Positions 51,115 to 61,280 of a stretch of DNA of 64,000 nucleotides are shown here, in pieces (position 1 is the stretch's first letter; every line of letters starts with the position of its first letter). The notes beneath the pieces are model-generated. The model did no database searches. It was not told where the DNA came from and worked only from the letters and a program-made list of their open reading frames with translations. The translations under genes were made by a program, and so were the position numbers. The DNA lies in the NCBI GenBank assembly GCA_963832745.1, contig CAWHVC010000003.1:704001-768000 (forward strand), read 5' to 3'. This stretch comes from Candidatus Bathyarchaeota archaeon (GTDB lineage: Archaea > Thermoproteota > Bathyarchaeia > Bathyarchaeales > Bathycorpusculaceae).

Positions 51115-51552
51115 TTGTTTGCCTAAGTATACGCTATAAATTGTCCCTAAGTGTGCAACAGCATTGAGCCTTTTTTGGGCTGCATTTATCTTTTTAGTAA
51201 TAAGCCTTGGTTAAAGCCTGAAAGTTTAAGTGAAACGAGTTCTATCCGCACAAAAATGTTGTGCAGAGTATGCTCAAAACTAGGTTCACTTGTAAAAGCC
51301 TATTTGAGACTCAACTGTTGACTTTTAATTTAATCTCAGAAATTTTGGTGCCTGTTTTGGTGAGATGCATTGTTTTTTGGTTTAAGAACCCCTGATTATG
51401 TAGTCTGTGGGTTTATGGTGTGTGTGATTAAACAGTTGAAGCGATAGTGGTTGCGGTGTAGTGTTTTTGGAAAGCCATAAATAAATCACCATTGTGATAT
51501 ACACAAAATAAACTTAAGATTAGAGAGATGGCTATAAGTGAGGGGAAACTAA

Positions 51553-53808
51553 TTGTCGAAAGAGCAAGTTGCTAGCGGTTTAAAATCTTTTGGAAAACTA
51601 CGTTTCAAGGTTAATCATTCCTCTATCATTGTAATTTCAGCATTGATTCTGATACTCTTTGTTGCATTTACCATACGTATTTTACCTTTGCGTTGGGAAA
51701 TTCCATCAGGTCAAATTCACTTAAACGAGTTCGACCCATACTATCAATACAGTATTACTAATTACATGGTGCATAATGGATTATTCTCGCCGTACACTAA
51801 TCACTGGGTTAATTATCAACAATGGTATCCTGCTGGTCTTGACATGTATAATGCTCTACCATCATTGCCTATGACAGCAGCCGCATTATATCAAGTGGTT
51901 AGCTTTTTTGGCGTAAATGTCGATTTAATGGCGTTTTGTTCAGTATTAACCGTGGTTTTAGGAACCCTGTCAGTCTTACTACTTTACTTCATCGGAAAAG
52001 ACATGGGTGGGCGAGCACTCGGATTATTTGCTGCATTGATCTTCGCATTAGCTCCTTCATTCCTGCAGAGAAGCTCTCTTGGATTCTTCGACACTGAAAT
52101 CCCCGGTGTCCTCGGATTACTCTTATTCATACTGTTGTTTATGAGGTCTATGGATTCGAAACGTTCAATCCGCGGAAGCCTGATTTATTCAGTAGGAGCA
52201 GCTTTAGCGTTAGCCTACTTCATTTCAGGTTGGGGTGCAGCATATTACATCTTAGACTTAACAGCGCTCTTTGCGTTCGTACTGGTGATACTAAAACGGT
52301 ACGATCAACGTTTGCTCATCAATTACAGTGTGACTATGGGGCTTGGTTTGCTTATTGCAACACAAGTTCCATACGTTGGACTTGCCTACTTGACGTCAGC
52401 TCCAATGATTCCAGTTGCAGCAGTATTCATTGTGTTACTTGTCGCTGAATTGTTACGTCACAACGTGTCAGCAAAGACCAAAATGATTGTAGCAGCAGCG
52501 TCAGTTGCCGCAATAGTTGTCAGCTTTATTCCCCTATGGTACTTAGGTTATCTCGGAAGTATTGCAAACAAGTTCGCTTCAGTCATCGACCCATTTACAC
52601 GTGCAGCAGCACCATTAATTGCGTCAGTAGCTGAACACAGAATCTCTGCATGGGGCAATCTTTACTATGAACTGGGTATAGGCATATTATTCTTCCTCAT
52701 AGGTCTATACTTCGTATTGAAAAACCCTACAAACCGCAACGTGTTCATACTCATCTTCGGCGCAACAGGACTATACTTTGGCGCTTCAATGGTACGTTTA
52801 CTGGTAATCTTTGCACCAGCATTCGCATTACTCATGGGCATAGGCATAATTGGAACGTTAAAACCATTCATGACATTGCTTAAAGAAACACCAAATGCAG
52901 CCGGAAAAGCAAAACGCAAACTAGTCCGTGTCAGCAAAGAGTTCAGCGGTCTTGGTGTTCTGTTGATCTTCATTATCCTCATGACACAGTTTGCTTTCAC
53001 CCCACAAACAGGCGGAATGCCACGAGTCTATGACAGCGCTTACGTGCCAACGTCAATCAGTTCCTCAAGCCTTCCAATAATTCCAAACGAGCAAGTGCCT
53101 CAATGGTTAAACATGCTAAGCTACACCAAGGATAATCTGAAATCAACAGATGTAGTGGTTGCATGGTGGGATTACGGTTACTGGCTAAGCATTATGGGTA
53201 ACGTGACTACGCTTGCTGATAACGCTACAGTTAACAGTACGCAAATACAAAACTTGGGCTTTGTGTACATGGGTACCGAAGATCAAGCGTTGCAGATGCT
53301 TTCCACCTATGGTCAAGAAAACGTCAAATACATACTAGTCTTCGAAGTTTTAGCTGTTCGGTCAGCTCAAACCTCTGATGGACAATCAGTATACGTTTCC
53401 TACCCCTACGGTTTAGGTGATGAAGGTAAATGGATGTGGATGGCCAGAATCTCTGGAGAAGCCAAAGACCGACTAATAAGCGAAGGCTTTATGAATCCAA
53501 ATCAGGCATGGACAGACGAATATGCATTCGGAAACACCAGTAGCACAACCAATCAATGGGTATGGAATACACAAGGGCAGAACACTACAATCTACAAATT
53601 GCTGAGCAACACAGAACACGTGTTCACTAACAGCACTAATGGTTACGTTCAACCATCAAGCAGTGCAGTGACACTGAATTACTTTGAACCAGTATACGTT
53701 TCAGGCGCAGAAATCACAAGCCTAAATCAATACGGCGGTCTAATTCCACTGGTTGCCCTCTACAAGATTGACTGGGACGCTTACAATGCAGCCCACCCAA
53801 CCTCCTAA
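51553..53808 (+). CDS. aglB: Oligosaccharyltransferase AglB/STT3
   Basis: EFDPY, GFFDTE, SVAEH, WWDYG, DNAT; multiple TM helices. Confidence 0.96.
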   Translation: MSKEQVASGLKSFGKLRFKVNHSSIIVISALILILFVAFTIRILPLRWEIPSGQIHLNEFDPYYQYSITNYMVHNGLFSPYTNHWVNYQQWYPAGLDMYNALPSLPMTAAALYQVVSFFGVNVDLMAFCSVLTVVLGTLSVLLLYFIGKDMGGRALGLFAALIFALAPSFLQRSSLGFFDTEIPGVLGLLLFILLFMRSMDSKRSIRGSLIYSVGAALALAYFISGWGAAYYILDLTALFAFVLVILKRYDQRLLINYSVTMGLGLLIATQVPYVGLAYLTSAPMIPVAAVFIVLLVAELLRHNVSAKTKMIVAAASVAAIVVSFIPLWYLGYLGSIANKFASVIDPFTRAAAPLIASVAEHRISAWGNLYYELGIGILFFLIGLYFVLKNPTNRNVFILIFGATGLYFGASMVRLLVIFAPAFALLMGIGIIGTLKPFMTLLKETPNAAGKAKRKLVRVSKEFSGLGVLLIFIILMTQFAFTPQTGGMPRVYDSAYVPTSISSSSLPIIPNEQVPQWLNMLSYTKDNLKSTDVVVAWWDYGYWLSIMGNVTTLADNATVNSTQIQNLGFVYMGTEDQALQMLSTYGQENVKYILVFEVLAVRSAQTSDGQSVYVSYPYGLGDEGKWMWMARISGEAKDRLISEGFMNPNQAWTDEYAFGNTSSTTNQWVWNTQGQNTTIYKLLSNTEHVFTNSTNGYVQPSSSAVTLNYFEPVYVSGAEITSLNQYGGLIPLVALYKIDWDAYNAAHPTS

Positions 53809-53835
53809 TTTAGTCCAATAGGAAGCGGCTAAAGC

Positions 53836-54749
53836 GTGTTTCCGAAAGTCCCAGACCAACACAAAACCGGAAAACCTTTAGTCCCCAACGGTTTAGGCGT
53901 AATATACGTCCTATTCACAACCGTATACCTCTTTTTACTCTACTTTCTCGGAGAAGGTCACTCCATCACTGCTGACATTTCTGCACCCCTAACACTTGCA
54001 GTCTGCATCCTCTTCGGCGGCTTCATGGGCTTGCTCGATGACTGGATGGATCTAAAATGGCGATACAAAGCTTTCATGCCGCTAATCGCAGCGTTGCCGC
54101 TGATTTACTTTGCAATGGGAATGGGCGCCAGAACATCAATTACTTTGCCTTTCATCGGTTTTATTGACTTTGGAGTCTGGTACTTTTATCTTATAATTCC
54201 TTTAATCGTAATGATAGTCACTAACACGGTGAACATGCTTGGCGGCTTTAACGGACTTGAATCTCTTTGCCCAGCAATCGTGCTCATAGGCTTAATGGGA
54301 ATTTCACTTGAAAATTCCCCAACCTTATACTTACTTATGCTTGGCCCCATTATTTTCTGGCTTATACTTACAGGCTTAAACCTACAAGGAAAAATTTTCG
54401 TAGGAAACTCTGGAAGCTTCGCAATTGGCATGACCATTGCAGCCTTTCCCAATTATCGCTGACTTAAAAGCTCAGCCTGCTAATATCCATAATTCCATAC
54501 ATTTTCAACTCTTCGCTCATTCTGTTAACGGTATTCTTTACTCATAAAAAAGCCCTAATAACATTCAAAGACGGCAAACTTGAATCAAGACCACAGACGC
54601 AGCTTAGTTACAGCAATAACTTATCATCGCCCCTTAACTGAACGCCAAATAGTTGCTAATAGTTTCCGCTGATAGTTGCAGCATTCACGTTACTTGCGGT
54701 TCTATTATACCTTGTTAACTTAAGCCAAAAACTGCGCAAGTTTAGTTAA
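53836..54749 (+). CDS. MraY/GPT-family polyprenyl-phosphate GlcNAc-1-P transferase (AglH-like); 3' part frameshifted
   Basis: GLLDD, NTVNMLGGFNGLE, KIFVGNSGS; end approximate. Confidence 0.75.
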
Positions 54750-57467
54750 ACCGATGATTTCCTCAAAATTCAAACCCAACGCGTCAAGCACTTGGTCAAA
54801 AGTTGCTTGTAGATATGCTATGTACTTGTCTGTGTCGATTTCGTTCTTGTATGTTAGCTCTACCGGTTTTACGCGTTCCTTGTTGCTGTTGACTTTTACG
54901 AAGCTGATAAGGTCGCCTGCTTTTTGTTCTTTGCCGCTTTTCTGCAAAATCAACGCGGCCTTTACATGCTGTGGCGTTGTTTTCGTGTAGCGGCTTAAGT
55001 CGTCCCCTAAAACCATGTGGAAAGCCAGTTCCGTGTTGTCGGTCCACTCTCTGCGTTTGAGCCGCATGTAGCGGTCTTTAACTATGCTTGCAATGTCTTT
55101 CTTTGCAACCTCGAATTCCGCTGGGCTTTTTACTTTTGCAAGCCGATCTTTCATTTGGTTAAAAGCGTCTTTGATGAAAATTGGAATGTGCTTCTTTTTA
55201 CCTGTTAAGCCTTTTACGTCAACTGTGCCGTCTTCCAAGACGCCAAGGTAATTCTTTTTGCGTGAACTAAATACTGCATATCGGTAGGTTTTGTCTACGT
55301 CTATGCCCATGTTCAATTCGTGCTCAGTGTAGCGTACTACTTCTTCAATTTGCTCTTTTGTTGGATTCTTAAGGAATAAACTGTCAGTGTCGCCGTAAAG
55401 AACTTTGATGCCTTGGGTTTCAGCATGTTTAAGGATTTGAGTGATGCTGTAGCGGCCGATTGCGGCGGTTGCTTCCGCGACTGGTGGACAGTAAAGGTCA
55501 AAACTGTCAGCTCCAAAAACGCCGTAGCTAGCGTTCAAAATGACTTTAAGTGCGCCTTGAGCGGTGTTGTACCAGCTTCTAAGTTCCGGCGGCAGTGACT
55601 TGTCTTTGGCGCGGCTTTTGTACCAGCGGACACGCAAATCTCTAAGCGAGCCAATTAGCAAGCTTTCCAACGCCCGTTTCTGGGTGCAAACCCAATGCTG
55701 TGTATCTGGTATCATTTGGCTTCTGCATTCAGGATGTTCGCAATCAATTGATTGGTAGCCAAGGTTCCAAACTTTAATGATTGACGGGTACAGGCTTGGA
55801 AAGTCCATAACTGCAACGTTAAAGTGAACTCCTGGCGTGGGTTCAACAACTATGGCGCCCTTGTATTTTTTGCCTTTAATTACTGCCGTCGTGCTGGTTT
55901 TGCCTTTCTTGGTTAGGATGTCTTCAGCGTTTGGAATTAAGTATCCTCGTTTGCGGTGTTCTCGATGCATGAAGTTACGTATCCAGCGGCTGACTCCCTG
56001 GCGGCTGACGTCCTCCATTGGCATGCTGCTGATTCTGGTTAAAACAAGCAACAGTTTCATGGCTGAGTCGTCTTCGAAGCTTGTTAGCTTGTAGGTGATT
56101 TCTGAGTCGCGTAGACAGTACTGAGCAAGTTCACTGTATGAGAGGTCACCAAACGCTTTGTCTAAATGGATTTTTTCCATGCCAAGCAGTGCTGCGCCTA
56201 CGTCGCCGAGGCTTACGTCTTTATAGCGGTTACTATAAGCGTAAATTTGAATAGAACGGTTAAAGAAAAACTTGTAAAGGTCAATGTGGATCCCATATTT
56301 TAATAGGCAGACACGTTTTCCCACTTCAATTGGGATTTCGTTTCTGGAAAAACCAAGGTTCAATGCCCGGTGCACAAGGAAGCGAAGATCAAAGTCGTCA
56401 CCGTTAAAAGTTAAAATGAATGGAAAATCATTTAAAACCTTGAAAACCTTCCGTAGCAGGTCTTCTTCAGTTTCACAGTATTCTACCGTTATGTCATTTG
56501 TAACTTGGAGTTTTTCGTTCTCTCTGTCTCTCCGTTTAAGAACAAGAACTTTTTTGTCTCCCTCGGAACTATAAATCGAACAAGCAATTACTGGACAGAA
56601 ACCTTCCCGAGCATCAGGAACACGGTTAGACAAGGGCGAGTAAACCTCAATGTCAATGGCTGCTCGTCGAAACTTTGGCGCAGGATACTCTAGCAGTTTA
56701 GCCCACATCTCCGCAAACTCCCGCTCCTCTGGCGTGGCGTCATTGAAGATTTCACGGATTTTCGCAAGAGTCTGTTCAGCCTGGTGAACGGTGGCTTCTT
56801 CTAGGTTGCCGTCTTTTACTTGATACATCATTCCCGGCAAAAGCTGGCGATCATAAATGTATGATTGGTAATATTTGATTTTGGATTCCCAGACTTTAGT
56901 GTCGCTGTCTTGGATTTGGCAGCCGCACACTTGAATGTGGTCTTCTGGGATAATGTCTCTTATTGTACCGTTTGGCCTGCCACCGATGGCAAGAGGGTCT
57001 TTGGCAACTATTTTAGTAACTTGGATTGTTTGGTTAGATAGTGGATCAAACCGTTGCTCAGTTATGCAACTGTCGTAACCTTGATGGTTAACTATTCGGT
57101 CAAACTGTAACACTTTCTCTTTAGACAGGCTGGTTAAACAGTAAGGTTTGTGGCCTGTGTTGTCATACCAGAAATACAGTTCACCCGATTCCGGTTCATA
57201 CAGTTTAACAATAGCTTTCTGTTGGCGGCCATCATAGGCTGCGGAGACAAAGTATGAAGGTGAAAGGTTAACTGGAGCAATTGGAGGCAACACGCGGGGT
57301 TTTCTTTCTTTTTTTACTGGTGCAGAAACAACTTTTTCTTCCATTTGCTCAGTTAATGGTGCTGTTTGGGGGTCTGGTTTAATTTCAGCTTGCGCTGGTT
57401 TAAGCTGAGGCGTTACTGGCTTGCTTTCTTGCTGCCAGAATGAGTCTAAGGTTCTGTTTTGCACCAT
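54720..57467 (-). CDS. polB1: Family B DNA polymerase, PolB1 type
   Basis: DIEV, FNGDDFD, DFPSLYPSII, KVILNASYG, YGDTDS, KKNY; YDNTGHKPY N-terminal motif. Confidence 0.93.
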   Translation of the reverse strand: MVQNRTLDSFWQQESKPVTPQLKPAQAEIKPDPQTAPLTEQMEEKVVSAPVKKERKPRVLPPIAPVNLSPSYFVSAAYDGRQQKAIVKLYEPESGELYFWYDNTGHKPYCLTSLSKEKVLQFDRIVNHQGYDSCITEQRFDPLSNQTIQVTKIVAKDPLAIGGRPNGTIRDIIPEDHIQVCGCQIQDSDTKVWESKIKYYQSYIYDRQLLPGMMYQVKDGNLEEATVHQAEQTLAKIREIFNDATPEEREFAEMWAKLLEYPAPKFRRAAIDIEVYSPLSNRVPDAREGFCPVIACSIYSSEGDKKVLVLKRRDRENEKLQVTNDITVEYCETEEDLLRKVFKVLNDFPFILTFNGDDFDLRFLVHRALNLGFSRNEIPIEVGKRVCLLKYGIHIDLYKFFFNRSIQIYAYSNRYKDVSLGDVGAALLGMEKIHLDKAFGDLSYSELAQYCLRDSEITYKLTSFEDDSAMKLLLVLTRISSMPMEDVSRQGVSRWIRNFMHREHRKRGYLIPNAEDILTKKGKTSTTAVIKGKKYKGAIVVEPTPGVHFNVAVMDFPSLYPSIIKVWNLGYQSIDCEHPECRSQMIPDTQHWVCTQKRALESLLIGSLRDLRVRWYKSRAKDKSLPPELRSWYNTAQGALKVILNASYGVFGADSFDLYCPPVAEATAAIGRYSITQILKHAETQGIKVLYGDTDSLFLKNPTKEQIEEVVRYTEHELNMGIDVDKTYRYAVFSSRKKNYLGVLEDGTVDVKGLTGKKKHIPIFIKDAFNQMKDRLAKVKSPAEFEVAKKDIASIVKDRYMRLKRREWTDNTELAFHMVLGDDLSRYTKTTPQHVKAALILQKSGKEQKAGDLISFVKVNSNKERVKPVELTYKNEIDTDKYIAYLQATFDQVLDALGLNFEEIIGLTKLAQFLA

Positions 57468-57612
57468 TCCCTCTCTTTTCCTTAGCTCTCACTATGGTAT
57501 TGACCGACTAAAATCTTTACCTTACCTAAAAACGTAAAGTTACCTTGTAACAAGTTAAATGTAGATTTAAAAAATGTTTAAAAAAAGGGCTGATTTTTCT
57601 TTTTAGGGTTGT

Positions 57613-57762
57613 TTATTCCCATTCTTCTTCGTATTCCTTTCCTTCACGGATAAGTTCTCTTACACGTGGGCCACCTTTAGCTCCACCTTTCCGTCCGGCT
57701 TCCGAAACAGACATTTTGCCTTTCTCAATATCAATATCTTCATCCCTATGCTTTCTTGACAT
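57613..57762 (-). CDS. 49-aa KGG-motif hydrophilic stress protein (not in the ORF track)
   Basis: MSVSEAGRKGGAKGG; GGAGGTGA RBS. Confidence 0.75.
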   Translation of the reverse strand: MSRKHRDEDIDIEKGKMSVSEAGRKGGAKGGPRVRELIREGKEYEEEWE

Positions 57763-57984
57763 ACTTGTTCACCTCCATTCTGGTGAGCCTTGGGGTTTAG
57801 AAACACATGCTTCTACACGAATGAAAACTTCATAAACATATGTGACTGTGACAAAGTCATTACACAAGTTTTCTGTATATAGATAATTTATCTCTGTATA
57901 TTTTACGTCGAGAAGTAATAATTTGTATTTTCACCAGTTTGACCCTGACCAGGTTACGACAAACTTTGGTCATACGGGTAAACG

Positions 57985-59733
57985 GTGAAAAAATTGAAAA
58001 AAACCACAAAAATGCTTCTTTTAAGTTTAGTTCTAGTTTGCATCACAACTTCCATATTTGCAGTTCCAGCACTCTCAACAAATTTCGGCAATAACGGCAG
58101 AAACGGTATAAAAAACGTCATCGTCCTAGTTCCGGACGGTTGCTCCCAAAGCATAGAAACTTTAGCCCGATGGTACAAAGGTGAACAATTAAACGTTGAC
58201 GGCATAATTACCGGCACAGTTGAAACCTATATGGCTAACTCAGTAATTACTGATTCCGCACCCGCCTCAACAGCGTTTGCTACTGGGCACAAATCAAGCA
58301 ACGGTTTCATAAGCGTTGGACCAAAAACAAGCGACCTATTAACCGGTTACACACCTGACTCAGAGCCATACGTGCCATTAGCCACAGTTCTTGAAGCTTC
58401 CAAACTTCAAGGTAAAGCAACCGGTCTTGTCGCTACAAGCACAGTAAGTCATGCTACACCAGCAGGATACGCAGCCCACAACTACAACAGAAATGACGAA
58501 TTAGATATTATTGAACAAATGGTCTATAACGATGTTGATGTCGTCTTTGGTGGTGGTGCAGCTGAGCTTTTCCCTAAAAACCAGAATTACACAACCACCT
58601 TTGGTGCTAACTGGACAGGTACAAGAACTGACGGCGAAAACCTTATTGATGCACTAACAAGCAAAGGCTACAAGTTTGTTGACAGCCAAAGCAGCATGAA
58701 CTCTCTGTATTCAGGAAAAGCTTGGGGCCTTTTTGCGCCAAGCAGCATGCAACCTGACATGGATCGTGCAATGTTTGCTCCAACTGAGCCTTCACTTGCA
58801 GAAATGACAAAGAAAGCTATACAACTACTTTCAAAAGACCGCGACGGATTCTTTTTAATGGTTGAAGGCAGCCAAGTGGACTGGGCAGACCACGCAAACG
58901 ACCCAATTTACGACGTAACAGACTTTTTAGCTTTTGATGACGCAGTCGGAGTAGCCCTTGACTTTGCCAAGAAAGACGGACAAACCTTAGTTATGGCGTT
59001 TCCTGACCACAATTGCGGCGGCTTGACCATTGGCAGCTATTACCAAGATAAAAATGCGGTTGGGCACTCATACACTGCAACAACAGTTGAAGATGTAATT
59101 GACCCCTTAAAAGGAATGCAAATAACCTCCACTGGCCTTGCAAACCTTGTCGCAGGAAAAACTGATGAGCAAACAAGAGACATAATCAACCAGTACTGGA
59201 GCTTAAGCTTGACAGTAGAGGATGTGCAAGCAATTAAAGCTTTAACTGTGGCTTCACCTACACGAGCCGCAGTAAGCATGGATTACGCAATTTCAGAGTA
59301 TGTTTGCCAGAAATACACTGTTTTCGGCTGGACAACCCATGGTCACACGGGTGAGGATGTTCCATTGTGGGCTTGGGGACCAAAAGATTCTGCTCCAGTT
59401 GGTCACTATGACAACACGGATATGGCAAAAATTGTTGCAAAAACCTTAGGGTTCAGCCTCAATCAAGTACAAAGCAGACTCTACGTTAATGTCACATCGG
59501 CTTTCAAATCAAACCAGTGGACACTAAACACGACTGATCCTGCAAACCCAGTTCTTCAAATCAGTTTGAAAGGAAAAATAGCATATCTGCCAATAAGCAA
59601 AGACGTTATGACAATAAAGTATAGCAACGGCTACACGAGAACCTATAATCTCGAAGGATTAGTTGTGCGTTCACCAATGATTAACGCAAACCAAGTCTTC
59701 GTGCCACAACAAGCAATCGCAATACTAAAATAA
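57985..59733 (+). CDS. Secreted alkaline phosphatase (PhoA family)
   Basis: Signal peptide, VPDG, TDSA catalytic Ser, HATPA, EGSQVDWADH, DH, GHTGED. Confidence 0.92.
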   Translation: MKKLKKTTKMLLLSLVLVCITTSIFAVPALSTNFGNNGRNGIKNVIVLVPDGCSQSIETLARWYKGEQLNVDGIITGTVETYMANSVITDSAPASTAFATGHKSSNGFISVGPKTSDLLTGYTPDSEPYVPLATVLEASKLQGKATGLVATSTVSHATPAGYAAHNYNRNDELDIIEQMVYNDVDVVFGGGAAELFPKNQNYTTTFGANWTGTRTDGENLIDALTSKGYKFVDSQSSMNSLYSGKAWGLFAPSSMQPDMDRAMFAPTEPSLAEMTKKAIQLLSKDRDGFFLMVEGSQVDWADHANDPIYDVTDFLAFDDAVGVALDFAKKDGQTLVMAFPDHNCGGLTIGSYYQDKNAVGHSYTATTVEDVIDPLKGMQITSTGLANLVAGKTDEQTRDIINQYWSLSLTVEDVQAIKALTVASPTRAAVSMDYAISEYVCQKYTVFGWTTHGHTGEDVPLWAWGPKDSAPVGHYDNTDMAKIVAKTLGFSLNQVQSRLYVNVTSAFKSNQWTLNTTDPANPVLQISLKGKIAYLPISKDVMTIKYSNGYTRTYNLEGLVVRSPMINANQVFVPQQAIAILK

Positions 59734-59828
59734 ACAACCAACATCAACCATTTTTTCTTCTTTAACCCTGTTTTAATTTGAATCACTTATTTAGAAGCAT
59801 AACATTCACTGTAAGCTGTGAATTTGCA

Positions 59829-61175
59829 GTGTTGAAGAATGCTTGGACAATCGCTATTGAAACTTTAAGCTGGATTGAAATGCATCGGCTAAGTGAACAC
59901 ATAGCTTTAGCAAAAACAATCAAACAACTTGAAGAAACCAACCCAAACGCTATCCGTTACGCTTACGGTTTAGTCATTGAAACCACACGACGAAAAAACT
60001 TAATTGACAAATTCATAAACTATACCATTGAGCCTAAGAACATTGGCGAGTTTAATCTTGGTGTTCAATCATTTTTGCGTCTTTACGTTTACCAAACTCG
60101 CGTCACAAAAAACTGGGGGAAGTTTAACCTGCAAGATGCGCAAAGCATCGCCAGTATGGGTCGCTCAATCTTGGGGTGGCAAACTCTTCGGGAAGTTGAA
60201 CCCTACTTGGGTTTTCTGCTTACTCGTCAACTAAAACCTGTTTTGGAAGCAGCCGACGATGAGGAACGTTTAAGCCTTGAAACTTATCAGCCACTCTGGT
60301 TTGTTAAATACTGCGTAAACTTGCTTGGCAGCGAGGAAGCAGTGCCGTTTTTACATGCAAGCAACATTCCACCGCCCACTTACATCCGCCTCAACACCTT
60401 AAAGGGCAATCAAGAAGAAATAATCCAAAAACTCTCAGCTGAAGGCGTAAAACTAGAAAAAGCCGAGCCTCTGCAAGACACTTACAAGGTTCTAGAGCTT
60501 AAACAACCCCTAAACACACTCGACAGTTCAAAACTGGGCCTGTTTTACATTCAAGACAAAGCCAGCTGTTTCGCCGCGCAAGCCGCCGCTCCTAAAGTTG
60601 GCAGTAAAGTTTTCGATGTCTGCGCTGCACCCGGAGCCAAAACCACGTATCTTGCTCAACTAATGAAGAATCAAGGAAGCATTGTTTCTGTAGATTTCTC
60701 AAGGCGCCGCATGAAAACTTGGCGACAAGAAATCAATTACATGGGCGTAACAATTGCTGACGCAGTAACCGCAGACGCACGCCTATCACTGCCATTGATG
60801 GGTGAAGCGGATCTTGTCATTTTAGACCCTCCCTGCACCAGCACTGGCGTCTTTGCCAAGCAACCCTCAGCCAAATGGCGACTAAGCCAAAAATCAATAG
60901 AAAACATGGCAGAAGTGCAGCAGCAAATGATAAATAACTGCGCCCCAAAAGTCGGCCAAGGCGGATTCTTAACCTACTCGACCTGCAGTATAACTGTTGA
61001 AGAAAACGAGATGGTTATCGAACGTTTCCTAAAAGAGCATCCAGATTTCCATCTGGTAGAAATTGCACCCGAACTTGGTTTGCCTGGGTTGCGTGGGTTG
61101 ACACAGTGTCGACGGTTGTATCCACATTTGCATAAGTGCAACGGATTCTTCATAGCTAAACTCCAAAAAGCATAA
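59829..61175 (+). CDS. RsmB/NOL1/NOP2-family RNA m5C methyltransferase
   Basis: IQDKAS, DVCAAPGAKT, LDPPCTS, YSTCS; start uncertain (59778-59832). Confidence 0.92.
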   Translation: MLKNAWTIAIETLSWIEMHRLSEHIALAKTIKQLEETNPNAIRYAYGLVIETTRRKNLIDKFINYTIEPKNIGEFNLGVQSFLRLYVYQTRVTKNWGKFNLQDAQSIASMGRSILGWQTLREVEPYLGFLLTRQLKPVLEAADDEERLSLETYQPLWFVKYCVNLLGSEEAVPFLHASNIPPPTYIRLNTLKGNQEEIIQKLSAEGVKLEKAEPLQDTYKVLELKQPLNTLDSSKLGLFYIQDKASCFAAQAAAPKVGSKVFDVCAAPGAKTTYLAQLMKNQGSIVSVDFSRRRMKTWRQEINYMGVTIADAVTADARLSLPLMGEADLVILDPPCTSTGVFAKQPSAKWRLSQKSIENMAEVQQQMINNCAPKVGQGGFLTYSTCSITVEENEMVIERFLKEHPDFHLVEIAPELGLPGLRGLTQCRRLYPHLHKCNGFFIAKLQKA

Positions 61176-61184
61176 CAAAAATGC

Positions 61185-61206
61185 TTAGTAAAGAAATCTT
61201 TACTAA
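61185..61206. promoter_or_regulatory. Perfect inverted repeat, operator-like
   Basis: TTAGTAAAGA-AA-TCTTTACTAA about 75 nt upstream of the ATG. Confidence 0.65.
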
Positions 61207-61280
61207 CTTTGGTAATGGTTTCTTTACGAAAATCCTTTTTACGCTTAATAAAACTATCAGATTTTGGTGACTAATGAAGC

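Noticed and set aside
51115-51552. Long intergenic region as an ncRNA
   Set aside because: No tRNA cloverleaf, C/D box pair or stable stem identified by eye
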